Assembly (NCBI GenBank): GCA_963749495.1
Contig: CAVVMW010000023.1
Span: 704,001 to 768,000 of the forward strand
Source: an uncultured bacterium
GTDB lineage: Bacteria > Verrucomicrobiota > Verrucomicrobiia > Limisphaerales > UBA8199
DNA length: 64,000 bases
Reading direction: 5' to 3'
A model generated the notes under the pieces. It had not been told where the DNA came from and searched no databases. It worked only from the letters and a program-made list of their open reading frames with translations. A program made the translations under genes and the position numbers. This document shows positions 25,437-35,752 of this stretch, piece by piece; the first letter of the stretch is position 1; every line of letters begins with the position of its first letter.

Positions 25437-28400
25437 ATGAGAAGGCTGCTTTCAATCATCAGCGCGGCTGCTGCACTGGCCGCAGTGCCGGCGTTCGCGG
25501 GCTCGGCACCAATTTGGCCCTCTACCCGCCCTTCAACGGAACCACGGGATGGCCCGCTCCACAGCCGCCGGCGGGTCCGGTTTTTTATGACACGAACCTC
25601 GACGTTTACTGTTCGTCTTACCTGACGACGATAGACCTGCGCTCAAGCCCGACCCAAACGGTCGATCAAGTCACCCGCGTTTGGGTCCCGAAATTCCAGT
25701 ATTGGCAGTGCGCTTTTTCTTTTTTGATCATGTGGGACGGGAACTGGCCCCGGTACTACGATGGCGGCTATTGGCCCGCCCTTTTCACTTCCGAGTCGGA
25801 GAACGCCCCGATCCCGGAGACCTGCGGCAACTTCTACAACATCGTCAGCAACCCCAGCGCGGACCTGGCAACACCGTCCTTCACCGGCGGCGGCCTTGTG
25901 GGGTCGGGAGCCTGCGCTGCCTTGAACGACCACAAATCTCCCTACGGGCTGCCCTACGGAACGCCTTTCAACACATACTGCCCAGGCGCGAAGGGAAACG
26001 GCTGCTGGAGTTACGTCGGCCCGACCTGCGGCGGGCTCTCAATCTACGCAGTTTATTCGACCTATTGCACCAGCAAACGGGTCGGCACGGTCTATGGAGT
26101 CAAAGATATCTCGCTTTCGTGCAATCCGCTCAACCTGGCCATCAACCTCGAAGACGTGGTGAGCGGATTGGATCCGAATGCGATCGTCTGCCGCGATCTT
26201 GGCGGCAACGTCGTTTTCATTGCATCCGACCCGTCCAAATGGGGCGGGCTTCCGCACGGTTACATCCGGCCTTACGCGAACTGGGTATTGTTCGGCCCGG
26301 ACCCGAACCCGAACGCCGCCGCGCTGCCGAACACGCCGTCCGCGCTGTCCAGCGGGTTCGCGGACGTCCTCGCCGCGGCTGCCGCGTTCAACGTCTATAC
26401 GCCTGAGCAGCTCAAGGCGGTAATCAAAGCCAAGACCGTTGAGTTGATGGCCGCCATCGGACCGCAACCCCTCGCCGGAGGGGGCACCAATGGCGTTTGG
26501 GGGATCGCTATCCCCCAAGACCTCGCCGATTCCTGCCAGACGTTGCAGTTCACCGTCTCCGACCTCAACATCGGATTCTGCCCGCCGCCCAACTGCCTGA
26601 CCTGCCCGCGAACCAATTCTAACGGAGGGCTGAACCTCGGTGGAACGGCCACCGGCGATTGTCCGCCGGATGGCGGATTGGGGAATGGCGGCCCCGGAAG
26701 CACCGCCAACACGATCGAACTGGCCTGGGCCACCGACACAAACAAATACGGGGGCTCCACGCTGCTGGCCGAGATGCCCTCTTTGCAGGCGTTGTTGCCA
26801 GCGAGCATCCCGCCGAGCGGAAACCTCTACCTGACCAACGTTTACGTGCCTGGCGGTTACGCGGCCATCAGCGTGTATCTGTTTGCGACCAACATCAATA
26901 CCGGTGAAGGGGCCATCCGGCAATTATCGCTCACGATCAACTCGAACGCCCCCGCCGTGCTGACCAACCTGGCGCCGGCCCTCAGCACGGATACCGACGG
27001 CAACGCAGTGGTATCGTTCAGCTTCGATGTGCAGTCCGATGCACCCTCCTGGATTCCATACCGCATACTGCAGGGAAACAGCAGCCAGCAGGGGATCGTC
27101 ACGGGTCCAACAAACGGGGCGACCCTGCGCTTCGTGACGGACCATTCTGGAGAGGTGGACCTGTTGCTGATGAATCCCTGCGGCTCACCGGCGTTTTCCG
27201 GCACCAATGTCGTTCTCCCGGGCGCCATCGCGCCGACCATCGAGCTTCTGCCGCTCTACCCGAACCCGCAAAACCCTCGCTTATTGCCGAGCGAGGACGC
27301 AGTGGGGACAGTGCTCTACCGAATCACCAACCCCAGCCCGGGCAACCAGACGGTCTTTTATACGTGCTATAACGCCGATCCCATGCCCGGAGAGCCCGGC
27401 ATACCGTTCTCGGGCAGCTTCACAAATGCTCAACTGGACATCACCAACAACTTCCGAAACACAGAGATGACCGCATGGGCGGTCCAGAGTCTCTCGACAT
27501 TGAAGTCCGCCGGAGTCAGCCGCACCGCCAGGTTGCACGTGGAGACGCCAATTCTGCAACTGCCGCCGGTTCTCAATAATGCCCTGACTGCCACCATCAC
27601 CAATCGCTGCCTAAACAGCCACGCGGTTGCCGGCGAGGAGATAGCCTTGACCGCTTCTCAGGGAATCAACGGCTTCACCGCCCTGGGCTATCGCACCGAC
27701 ATCCCGGGGACGGTCCAAACGGACCTTGATGGCAACAATGTTGAACCGGCGGGAGGACCGGGCTACTGGACCAACCAGCTCGCAAATGTGGCGCTCCCTA
27801 ACGGTTGGTATGCTCAGGCAAACCCTGGTGGCCTGGCGGGCGAGGACCCACCGGTGCTCACGGACGGGTTTTATGAGGCCAGCACCCGCTTCGACGTGGC
27901 CGCCATCCAGCCGACCATCAGCATTTCCAACGGCTTGGCGACTATCCAAGGGACCACAGCCACGACCAATGCGGCCCTGGCGCTCGAACGCTACAGCAAC
28001 GGTGCATGGACTGCACGGCAGATTCTCGCCGGCTTCTCGCCGGACGGGCCGCCCGTGACCTTCTCCAACGTGAACCTCGGCTTCTTACAGCGCATCTCCG
28101 GCACAAAGCTGCACTACAACCCGGCCTACTACAATCTCGCAGTGGTTCCGTACCTCGAGGTCCACGAAGATGTGTGCAACGGCGGATTGGTCTACGTGAC
28201 GGTCAATCCGGCGGTGACGAACGTGGCGGTGAGCGGGGCCGGCTTTTCGACCAACCTCGTGGCAACCAACCTGACGCAGGACGCAAGCGAGATGCTCCAT
28301 TTCCCGGCGTTCCGCCTGACGAACGGGCTTTACACCTTCACAGCCGCCGGCAACGGCGACGCAACGGCGCAGAGCCTGTCCGTGATCGGCAACTTCTCCT

Positions 28401-28810
28401 ACGCGCTCCAGTTGACCAACGCGGCAGGTGTCAACTTCGTTGTCGGTGTGAATCCCACGAACAGCCTGCCCATGTACATCCTCGACGTGTCGCAGGCCGG
28501 CAACCCGAACCTCATACTCTCCTCACCGGACAATCCGAACCTGAGCTTCAGCACCAATCAGAGCCCGAACGTCATCTTTGTGAACCCGCTCGAGGTTCGG
28601 ATCGACGTGTCCGGATTCGCCAGTTCCACCGATTTTGTGGTCGATTTGAATCTGATCAATCCGCCCAATTGCGCTGTAACGATCCCCTTGAACGTCGTTC
28701 TCCGGCGAGGCGGACCGGGCTTTGATATACCGGTGAGCCAGCCCCAGACAGGGGATTGCCTCAAGCTGACCAATCCGCAAGTGCCCGGAGCTGTCCCCAA
28801 ATGGCCATGA
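25437..28810 (+). CDS. Large exported protein (about 1,120 aa) with a Cys-rich N-terminal region; frameshift near 25500
   Basis: The ATG follows the previous stop by 1 nt. Signal peptide MRRLLSIISAAAALAAVPAFA joins ORF 25514-28810 if one G is added to the GGG run at 25499-25501. Confidence 0.75.
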
Positions 28811-28834
28811 AAAACCGCGACTAAGAACAAAGTT

Positions 28835-29320
28835 ATGAAAGCGAACACCACCCTCGGAATTCTCGTAATCGGCCTTGCGCTGAGCGTTTCGGCCGACAAC
28901 TCCCACAACCCGGTCGTGAAGGAATTCGTCGTGCATCCCCCCTCAAAGCCGGGTGCGCCGCAAGCAATCACCTCGAAGGAGGCGAACCCAAACCAGAACC
29001 GGCCAATCCCCTCCATTTGGTCCGGCGGGGCTTTGGCCGTTCCCAAAGACATCAACCTCGACTACGAACCCGGAAAACCCGGCTATACGGTGGTCTATTC
29101 GGTGACCAACAAGACCGACACGATCACCAGGATCGTTGGTTACATGTCCTCCTGCCAATGCACCCAAGTTGGGATAACTGACCAGACTGTTCCCCCGAAG
29201 GGAACGGTCAAGGTCCGGGCGACTGTCACGCAAAACCGACCGACCGTCCAGTACGTCGTTCTGCAGGACGAACGGACCAACCTCTACCAGACGGTCATCT
29301 GGATCAAACCGAAAAAGTAA
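28835..29320 (+). CDS. Secreted protein with a DUF1573-like Ig domain
   Basis: Signal peptide. The segment VTNKTD...SSCQCT...VPPKGTVKVRAT resembles the DUF1573 SCGCT pattern. Confidence 0.65.
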   Translation: MKANTTLGILVIGLALSVSADNSHNPVVKEFVVHPPSKPGAPQAITSKEANPNQNRPIPSIWSGGALAVPKDINLDYEPGKPGYTVVYSVTNKTDTITRIVGYMSSCQCTQVGITDQTVPPKGTVKVRATVTQNRPTVQYVVLQDERTNLYQTVIWIKPKK

Positions 29321-29324
29321 GCCG

Positions 29325-29873
29325 ATGAAAGCAAACCAACTCACCCTCCTGCTCGGCGCGATACTGTGCGCGGTCTTTGTCCCGGCACAGGCCGACGATT
29401 TCAAACCGCTGCCGAAAGTATCGCCATTCGCTCAGGCGGAGCGCCAATCGGACGTTGCACATCCGCTTGGCCGAACGCCTTCCAATCCGCGCATCACCGT
29501 GGGCAGCCCGCCGCAGGAACCGAAAGAGAAATTCATTCCGCTGGCTAACCTCGCTCTCAGCGTGCCGGGCATGATGGGTGGCAGTCCTCATCAGCTTCCC
29601 TCAAGGGATGCCGACAAACTCCAGGCGGCAATCGAGCAATGGCAAACCTATATGACGAACCAGGCGGCCATCATACAATTTCAACAACTGCAAACGGTCA
29701 TCCGCCTGGCCAACCAGCAAACGAGCGTTCGCACCAAGGTCGAAGCGGCCCGCAAGGAGGTGCAGGACTACATCCGGCTCCACAGCCCCGAACTAATGCC
29801 CCTGTTCGAGAAGATGAACGGGGCCAGGGTTCTCGAACGCAAGAACGGCCAGCTCACCGAGGCTGTGTTCTGA
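29325..29873 (+). CDS. Hypothetical secreted protein
   Basis: Signal peptide ending in AQA, helical C-terminus, 4-bp gap from the upstream gene. Confidence 0.7.
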   Translation: MKANQLTLLLGAILCAVFVPAQADDFKPLPKVSPFAQAERQSDVAHPLGRTPSNPRITVGSPPQEPKEKFIPLANLALSVPGMMGGSPHQLPSRDADKLQAAIEQWQTYMTNQAAIIQFQQLQTVIRLANQQTSVRTKVEAARKEVQDYIRLHSPELMPLFEKMNGARVLERKNGQLTEAVF

Positions 29874-29895
29874 AAGTCGCTCAACCTGTGACCGT

Positions 29896-30837
29896 ATGTT
29901 CGATTACGTTCTGGCCCTGCTGACCACCTTGCTGCCCATCCGGGGAAGTCAGGTGATGGAACTGGATTACCGCACCTTGGTCTTCGGAGGGGCGCCGTCC
30001 GCGGCCCTCTTCAGCTATCATGCCAACAACCCGATTAGAAGCCCAATCCAAGCCACGAACTTCGCCGTGCTCTGCGCGACGTTCGATTGGGACGCGACGC
30101 GCTATGTCCCCGCACCCGAATCGCCCGATGAGCTGCGCCTCTATACTTCCTACTACCTGTCCGTCCCAACCGGGGCTAATGGGCTTAAATTCATGCGCCA
30201 CCATGCGCAGTGCTGGCAAACAAACTGGCTGGCCTCGGCCGTCGAAGAAGACCTCTTGAAGCGCCTTACCGTCGATTCGCGGGCCGACGCCGGCGTCCTG
30301 ATCGACAAGCTCATCGCCAAGCCCGAGAACGCGACGTTCGTGCGCTGGTCCAACTGGCACGAACTCATGAAGCAGAGACGGAAGTCAGAAGCCTTCGGCT
30401 ATGCGATCCGTCATGACCTCAAGACCGGTATCAGCTTCTCATCCCGGTTCCCCTGCCTTCCATTCGACTTCGAACAACCCCCGATCTACGTGCTCTGGCC
30501 GTCGCCGGTGAGGACGGAACTTTATCAATACTGCTTCTCCGCCCAAACCTGGGCGCTTCGGATCGTCCCCGCACCGCCGAAGGCCACCTTCGTCCCGTCA
30601 TCCTGGGAGAAACCCAAAAGCAACCATTATGAACGCAGCTGGAAGCGCGGCCCCTCGTGGCAGGTGACTTATGCCCAGAAGGACAACGTCCTGACGCGGA
30701 CAGCAACCCGAGTAAACGCCGACAGCTACGTCGTCGGAACGATTTCGACCAACGGCTTTTCGGAATCAATTGTCGAGGCATCAGTTCCCCCGAAAGGGTA
30801 TGTGGTCAAGGCGCCATTTTATGTCGAAGTCGAATAG
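29896..30837 (+). CDS. Hypothetical protein, probably exported
   Basis: 313-aa ORF with a hydrophobic N-terminus. Last gene of the co-oriented cluster. Confidence 0.65.
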   Translation: MFDYVLALLTTLLPIRGSQVMELDYRTLVFGGAPSAALFSYHANNPIRSPIQATNFAVLCATFDWDATRYVPAPESPDELRLYTSYYLSVPTGANGLKFMRHHAQCWQTNWLASAVEEDLLKRLTVDSRADAGVLIDKLIAKPENATFVRWSNWHELMKQRRKSEAFGYAIRHDLKTGISFSSRFPCLPFDFEQPPIYVLWPSPVRTELYQYCFSAQTWALRIVPAPPKATFVPSSWEKPKSNHYERSWKRGPSWQVTYAQKDNVLTRTATRVNADSYVVGTISTNGFSESIVEASVPPKGYVVKAPFYVEVE

Positions 30838-30876
30838 ACTCCAAGCAAGAGCATCGGCGGGCAACTTTGGGGCGCT

Positions 30877-32145
30877 TCACCCGGGAAGGCCCGGTTGCGC
30901 CCATCCAGTGAATCGGTCCACTATTTTTGTGCAGCGGCTTTGAATCAGCGCCGCGACGGGCTTTGCAGCGGGGAGTTCCGCGATTAGGTCAGGCGCTTTT
31001 GACAGAACGATTTCCGCCAGTTCCCGCACGCGCCGTTTTACCATTGGCTTGGCAAGGCCAGCTTCTTCCGCCAATTGTTCAAAATCTTTCGGGAGCACCT
31101 TTTCAGAGGCATATTCACCCCCGATTTTCATCGCCATCTTTTTCGAGAGTTCCGGGTAATAAGCCGTGCTGAGAACATCGTAAAGCGGCGCCAACCGTGT
31201 TTCGCGGCCGTAAACCAGCGAGAAATTCTTTCCGTGAGCATCGTGATTTCCGATCAGAAAATTGAAAATGACCGCGTCCAGTAAGCGCTGGAGGTCGATG
31301 ACCGGCGCGCTGGACAATTCGCGCAGCAACGCAAAGCACTGCTTGAGCGAAGGCCCGCCTTCGCTCTGATATTTGTTGTCAGGGACAATTCCCAGCGCCT
31401 GGCAAAAATCCTCCTGATGCTCCCGTTCCAGATGTTCAGAACCGTCCCGCGGATCCTCCGAGAGCGTGCGGTCGTAACGCTCGACGAGGAGGTAATCAAT
31501 GGTCTCCACTTTGCCGACTTCCGCCTTGGCAACGTGCAGGCCCATCGCGCGCGCCAATTTCATACAAAGCGCTTCGTTGAAGACAATCCCCTCGAACCGC
31601 TCGATGGCTGGCTTCAAAATGTGCGTGCTAGGCGCTCCGCCAAGAGGCAGCGAAATCTGATTGTTCGCAACATGCACCGCGATTTTGTCCTGGGCGCCAG
31701 CCAACGAAAGGCGGATGCCATCCACTCCGGCCATCAACGGACGACGCGGCAACTGCCGCAAAATCTCCGCCAATTGCTCGTCGCTCAACTGCCGGTAGCC
31801 ATAGTTGCGCTCCGGCAGGCCTTCGCCGGCAGGGATGAACACCACCGCGCCGGCGCACTCCCCGCCGATTTTTTCCAACATGGCGAAATCGTTCCGGGCG
31901 CTGATCCCGAGATTCTTGGCGATGATCTCACGCTGGGTTTGTTCTGGCAGGACGCCGGCAAAAAATCCCCGGCATTCATTGCGGTTGAATAGCTCTTTTC
32001 TAAGCGGCAGGGAATGCGATAGGGCCACCGCCTTTGGATTGTTCAGCCAGCTTTCAGAGTAACAGAATCCCACCTGGCCATGCTCATTTTGAATGAGCTG
32101 GCCGACCAACTCTCGACGCAAGTAAACGTCCAGCTTGTGCGACAT
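30877..32145 (-). CDS. hipA: HipA-family Ser/Thr kinase toxin
   Basis: N-terminal HipA-couple region, plus LSLAGAQDK, HILKP, DAHGKNFS and LAPLYD motifs. Confidence 0.95.
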   Translation of the reverse strand: MSHKLDVYLRRELVGQLIQNEHGQVGFCYSESWLNNPKAVALSHSLPLRKELFNRNECRGFFAGVLPEQTQREIIAKNLGISARNDFAMLEKIGGECAGAVVFIPAGEGLPERNYGYRQLSDEQLAEILRQLPRRPLMAGVDGIRLSLAGAQDKIAVHVANNQISLPLGGAPSTHILKPAIERFEGIVFNEALCMKLARAMGLHVAKAEVGKVETIDYLLVERYDRTLSEDPRDGSEHLEREHQEDFCQALGIVPDNKYQSEGGPSLKQCFALLRELSSAPVIDLQRLLDAVIFNFLIGNHDAHGKNFSLVYGRETRLAPLYDVLSTAYYPELSKKMAMKIGGEYASEKVLPKDFEQLAEEAGLAKPMVKRRVRELAEIVLSKAPDLIAELPAAKPVAALIQSRCTKIVDRFTGWAQPGLPG

Positions 32146-32148
32146 CCG

Positions 32149-32379
32149 TTAAACTCCCTTCTTGTCGTCCCTAACGGGCGGAACGAACTCGATTTTGATG
32201 CCCAGTGTCTGGAGGACGGTAAGGGCCTTGCCAAGCTGGCAGGTGGGCTTTCCCTGCTCCATCTCGATGATGAACCGCAAGCCTGTGCCGGAGGTCATCG
32301 CCAAAGCCTTCTGCGTGACCCCCATGCCCTTGCGGGTGCTTTTGACCAACTCGCCAATGGTTTTAGCTGTATGCTGCAT
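32149..32379 (-). CDS. hipB: HipB/y4mF-like XRE helix-turn-helix antitoxin
   Basis: 76 aa with RKGMGVTQKALAMTSGTGLRFIIEMEQGK, 3 bp upstream of hipA. Confidence 0.9.
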   Translation of the reverse strand: MQHTAKTIGELVKSTRKGMGVTQKALAMTSGTGLRFIIEMEQGKPTCQLGKALTVLQTLGIKIEFVPPVRDDKKGV

Positions 32380-32380
32380 G

Positions 32381-32494
32381 TTACCGAGCGGTAATATTCT
32401 ACCACTTCTGCGAAGAAATCAAGCGAATTGTTCCCGAACGGGAATAATTTAGGCAGCAGGTACAACCCTGACGGTCTATATTCCCGGTCGGGAA
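32381..32494. promoter_or_regulatory. Three palindromic operators of the hipBA promoter, TTMCCG-N2-CGGKAA
   Basis: TTACCGAGCGGTAA (32381), TTCCCGAACGGGAA (32431) and TTCCCGGTCGGGAA (32481). A minus-strand TGGTAGAAT extended -10-like box lies at 32404-32396. Confidence 0.8.
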
Positions 32495-32708
32495 TAAAAG
32501 TTCACCACTATGCGGAACGGCTCGGAACGACAAGTTGAGCGTGCTTTCAGCGGTTCAACGACTCGGTTCCAAGATTCCCAAAGTGCGTCTCTGCCCCAAA
32601 CCATGTTGGCAACGCTCGAAAGCCGAAGAGCTTTGCTCAATGAAGATCTGCGGCGCATAAGGCCAGGCTCCAGCATTTCATCATCCCCGCAAGGCCAAGA
32701 GAAGCACG

Positions 32709-32924
32709 ATGCAAATCATGAGAGAGCGAATAAACACCCTCGTCGACAAGGCGTATTCCATCCATGAAGAATTGGAAAGGATCGAGCGCGAACTGCGCCA
32801 CCACCTAATCAACAAAGGCAAACTTCCGGAGGGGCAAGCGTTGTGCCATCTGGCACAACTCGGTTTGAGCGCATGCCGGGACCGGCTGCGCGAACTCCGG
32901 GAGATGGTCCACGCAACCCGGTGA
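32709..32924 (+). CDS. Small hypothetical helical protein
   Basis: 71-aa coiled-coil-like ORF upstream of the methyltransferase. Confidence 0.5.
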   Translation: MQIMRERINTLVDKAYSIHEELERIERELRHHLINKGKLPEGQALCHLAQLGLSACRDRLRELREMVHATR

Positions 32925-32994
32925 GCGCCCCTGCAGGCGCGAAGGAAGGGACTCGAAACAAGAACCGCCGTGCCCGCCAAGGAGAAACCCAAAA

Positions 32995-34344
32995 ATGCTG
33001 ACCGCCTTTCAGAAGCTCGGTTGGAATCGAAACTGCCCGCGCGTCTGGATTGAATCCACCCGGCTCCAGCAGTTGGGCTTTGAGGCGGGCAGCTTTCTGG
33101 ACGTGCAATTCAGGGCCAACAATACCCTGCACATGGTTCCCGTTGGTCACCACACCCGCAACCGGGTGTCGCAACGCCTGATGTCGGGGTTGCGCTGCCC
33201 GATCATCAACCTGAACAGCCGCCGGCTCCTGAGCGAGTTTCAAGGGCACACGGAAATCAAACTGGTCGCGAGCCACAAGATGCTGCGGGTGTCTCCTTCG
33301 GTGCGGTCGTTCCACATCCGGCGCCACCGGGAACAGAGCCTACCCCTGCAGACCGTTGAATACTTTGCCGGCGGCGCCACATTGACCAGCGCCATCACCG
33401 ATGACCCGAGGTTCAAGCTCGTCGCGGCCGTCGAAATCTCGCCCAGGTTCGCTTCGCATTTCGCTCTGGAGCACCCCGGCGTGCCACTATACCAATGCGA
33501 CATTCGTGATCTGGACCCCGGCGACCTGCCACCGGCCGCGTTCATGTTCGCCAGCTTGCCTTGTACTTGCTTTTCGACCGCCGGCACGGCCAAAAAACAC
33601 TTGAAGAAGGCCAACGAACTCGGCGACACGGGCAACCTGTTCCTCGCCTTTGCGCATCACGTCGCTGCACAGATGCCGCTGGCGGTAATGGTCGAGAACG
33701 TCCCTGGCTTCTTTGGGAAGGCCACAATAGCCGGACGCGTGTTGATGGCGCATCTCGAGCGGCTCGGCTACCACGTTCATGGCTTCGAGCTGAAACCGTG
33801 GGATGAATGGGCTGAACCCCAAGACCGGAGGCGCGGGGTCATGGTCGCCACTCTGTTCTCCCGTTTTTATCCGAGCATCCCGATGACTCCGTTTCTGGGG
33901 ACCGCAGGAGACTACCTGGACGCACCCGACCCCGAACGCGACCGCCGGGAAGCCGGCCGGATCAGGAATCGGATTGCGGGCAGAGAGAGGCACATGGAGC
34001 GGCACCGGGCGGCGGGTGACCGGTTCGGTTTCAGCGTGATCAACCATCAGAGCCGGAAGGTGCCAACGATCCTGCGCAGCTACTGGAAGGTAAACATGGG
34101 GCCGTTTGTCGAATGTGAGGGCGGCGTTCGCCTGCTGCGAATCCCTGAAATCGAACGCTTGATGGGCTTCGCGCCGAAGAAAGGCTTCACCAGCCGGTCC
34201 TACCCGACGGCCGTCGAGATTCTGGGGCAAGGCGTGCAAACCCGCATTTTCCGCCAATTGCTGCGTCAACTGGGCGACTTCCTTGAACACATGCTGAAAA
34301 CCGGCAAAGTGGCGGCGCCGCCGCAGCGCCGGCTGTTCGACTGA
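32995..34344 (+). CDS. Orphan DNA (cytosine-5)-methyltransferase with an extra N-terminal domain
   Basis: Motif I EYFAGG, catalytic SLPCTCFS, motif VI VENVP, QDRRR and a C-terminal LGQGV. AAGGAG ribosome-binding site upstream. Confidence 0.9.
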   Translation: MLTAFQKLGWNRNCPRVWIESTRLQQLGFEAGSFLDVQFRANNTLHMVPVGHHTRNRVSQRLMSGLRCPIINLNSRRLLSEFQGHTEIKLVASHKMLRVSPSVRSFHIRRHREQSLPLQTVEYFAGGATLTSAITDDPRFKLVAAVEISPRFASHFALEHPGVPLYQCDIRDLDPGDLPPAAFMFASLPCTCFSTAGTAKKHLKKANELGDTGNLFLAFAHHVAAQMPLAVMVENVPGFFGKATIAGRVLMAHLERLGYHVHGFELKPWDEWAEPQDRRRGVMVATLFSRFYPSIPMTPFLGTAGDYLDAPDPERDRREAGRIRNRIAGRERHMERHRAAGDRFGFSVINHQSRKVPTILRSYWKVNMGPFVECEGGVRLLRIPEIERLMGFAPKKGFTSRSYPTAVEILGQGVQTRIFRQLLRQLGDFLEHMLKTGKVAAPPQRRLFD

Positions 34345-34608
34345 CAAGCTGGGTGGAGGACGACGCGTGCGGTTGCTGGGCCGAGCGCAGGATCCGGTTG
34401 AATTGCTCCTGGAGGGAAACAGCCCGCAGGAACGCAACACCAGTCGAAACGAAGTCGAAAGCGGGGCGTGCGCGCTTCAGGGCCGCCGCCGGACTTTCCG
34501 CTTGCACTCAAGATAATCCCTTCCAAGCGCCGCTCGTTTAACGCAACGGGCCTGAGGGTCAACGAAAAGCAGTTTGCCGCGGGCGAGACGTGCCGTCAGT
34601 CACGGGTT

Positions 34609-34872
34609 TCAGCCGAATAAATCGAAGGAAATGCCACGAGGCTGCCGAGGTTTAACCGCCTTCTTGACCTCTCGTCTCACCAGTTTCCTGATCTCCTTCT
34701 TCTGCTTCTGTTCCGCGCCCTTGCCGGACAGAGTCGCACAAGCGCCCGCAACGGCCATACCGGCGGCCAACGCGCCCAGTTTTGGGAGGCCGCTCCGACC
34801 GATGCATTGGAAGCGTTGGCCGCCATCCTGTATCGCCTGAAACAACTGACTTTGTGTGCCCGAGAACTTCAT
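34609..34872 (-). CDS. Small hypothetical protein
   Basis: 87-aa ORF with one hydrophobic stretch and a basic tail. A possible AGGAG site lies upstream. Confidence 0.4.
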   Translation of the reverse strand: MKFSGTQSQLFQAIQDGGQRFQCIGRSGLPKLGALAAGMAVAGACATLSGKGAEQKQKKEIRKLVRREVKKAVKPRQPRGISFDLFG

Positions 34873-35200
34873 ACTTCATTGTACGCCGAGGGGAGGGTGT
34901 AATTCGGGACGTTGGCCTGCCTTGTTCCCGGTCGTTTTCGCCATGCTCCATTTTAGGCCGCAAAAGGGTGTCTTGCGGCTCACCTCCGGCATCGGTCGCT
35001 CGGCGCCCGTTTCCTGAAAGCAAACGAGACCCGCCATGGGTGGTGGAAATGCGGCGGAACTGCCCCCCTTTTGGATTTCGCTGTCCTGTTTTGGGCCTGA
35101 AATTTGCTCTTTGCGCCTGCAAATTTGTGAAGTACACGCGGCACAAACACACCCTCCCAGTCATATAATGGAGGATGAACGTGGCTGAAGACAAAAAACC

Positions 35201-35659
35201 ATGAAAACCAGAAGGATTTTGACCCTGGCCCTCGGCGCGCGATTGTTCCTCGGAATAACTTCTTCGTTCGGACAAACCAATGACCAGACAGGCGTTGTCT
35301 TGAAGCGGGACAGCGTTGTCTCGAATTTGGGCGAACCTCGAAATCAGCGGGTGATCGCCAAAGGCGCCGACGCTGGCCGCGATCATTTGATTCAAATCCG
35401 CAATCAGGTCAACCGACGCCCTGCCGGCGCCGGGGCTGCCGCAAACGACGCCCCGACCGAAATAGGCGACCTCGAATGGACCGGCCAGTACGTCGAACGC
35501 TTCCTGCGCATACCGGAGGGGAACTCCGGAAAACCGAAGCTCGTCAGATTTCTTATCCCTGTCTACCGGGGAAAAAGCACTAAACCGGAGGCGTCGGTTG
35601 GAACCGAGGATAAGCGAGAGCAAGATCAACGGGTGCCGGAAGTCAGTTCCGCGCAATAG
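35201..35659 (+). CDS. Hypothetical secreted protein
   Basis: Signal-peptide-like N-terminus MKTRRILTLALGARLFLGITSSFG. TATAAT upstream at about 35164. Confidence 0.6.
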   Translation: MKTRRILTLALGARLFLGITSSFGQTNDQTGVVLKRDSVVSNLGEPRNQRVIAKGADAGRDHLIQIRNQVNRRPAGAGAAANDAPTEIGDLEWTGQYVERFLRIPEGNSGKPKLVRFLIPVYRGKSTKPEASVGTEDKREQDQRVPEVSSAQ

Positions 35660-35752
35660 GGGTAAGGTCGCCTTTGCTTGCCGGTGTTGGTGCCTGAAAT
35701 ACCCTCCGCCGCAATTTATCATGGGTGGAGTTTAGTCTCGAATCGGAGTCGC

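Noticed and set aside
32381..32494. Mini CRISPR array (14-bp repeats with 36-bp spacers)
   Set aside because: The repeats are too short and not identical, there are no cas genes, and the position in the hipBA promoter fits operators.
34187..34562. Possible small minus-strand gene downstream of the methyltransferase
   Set aside because: It needs an assumed frameshift and overlaps the methyltransferase 3' end, so support is insufficient.
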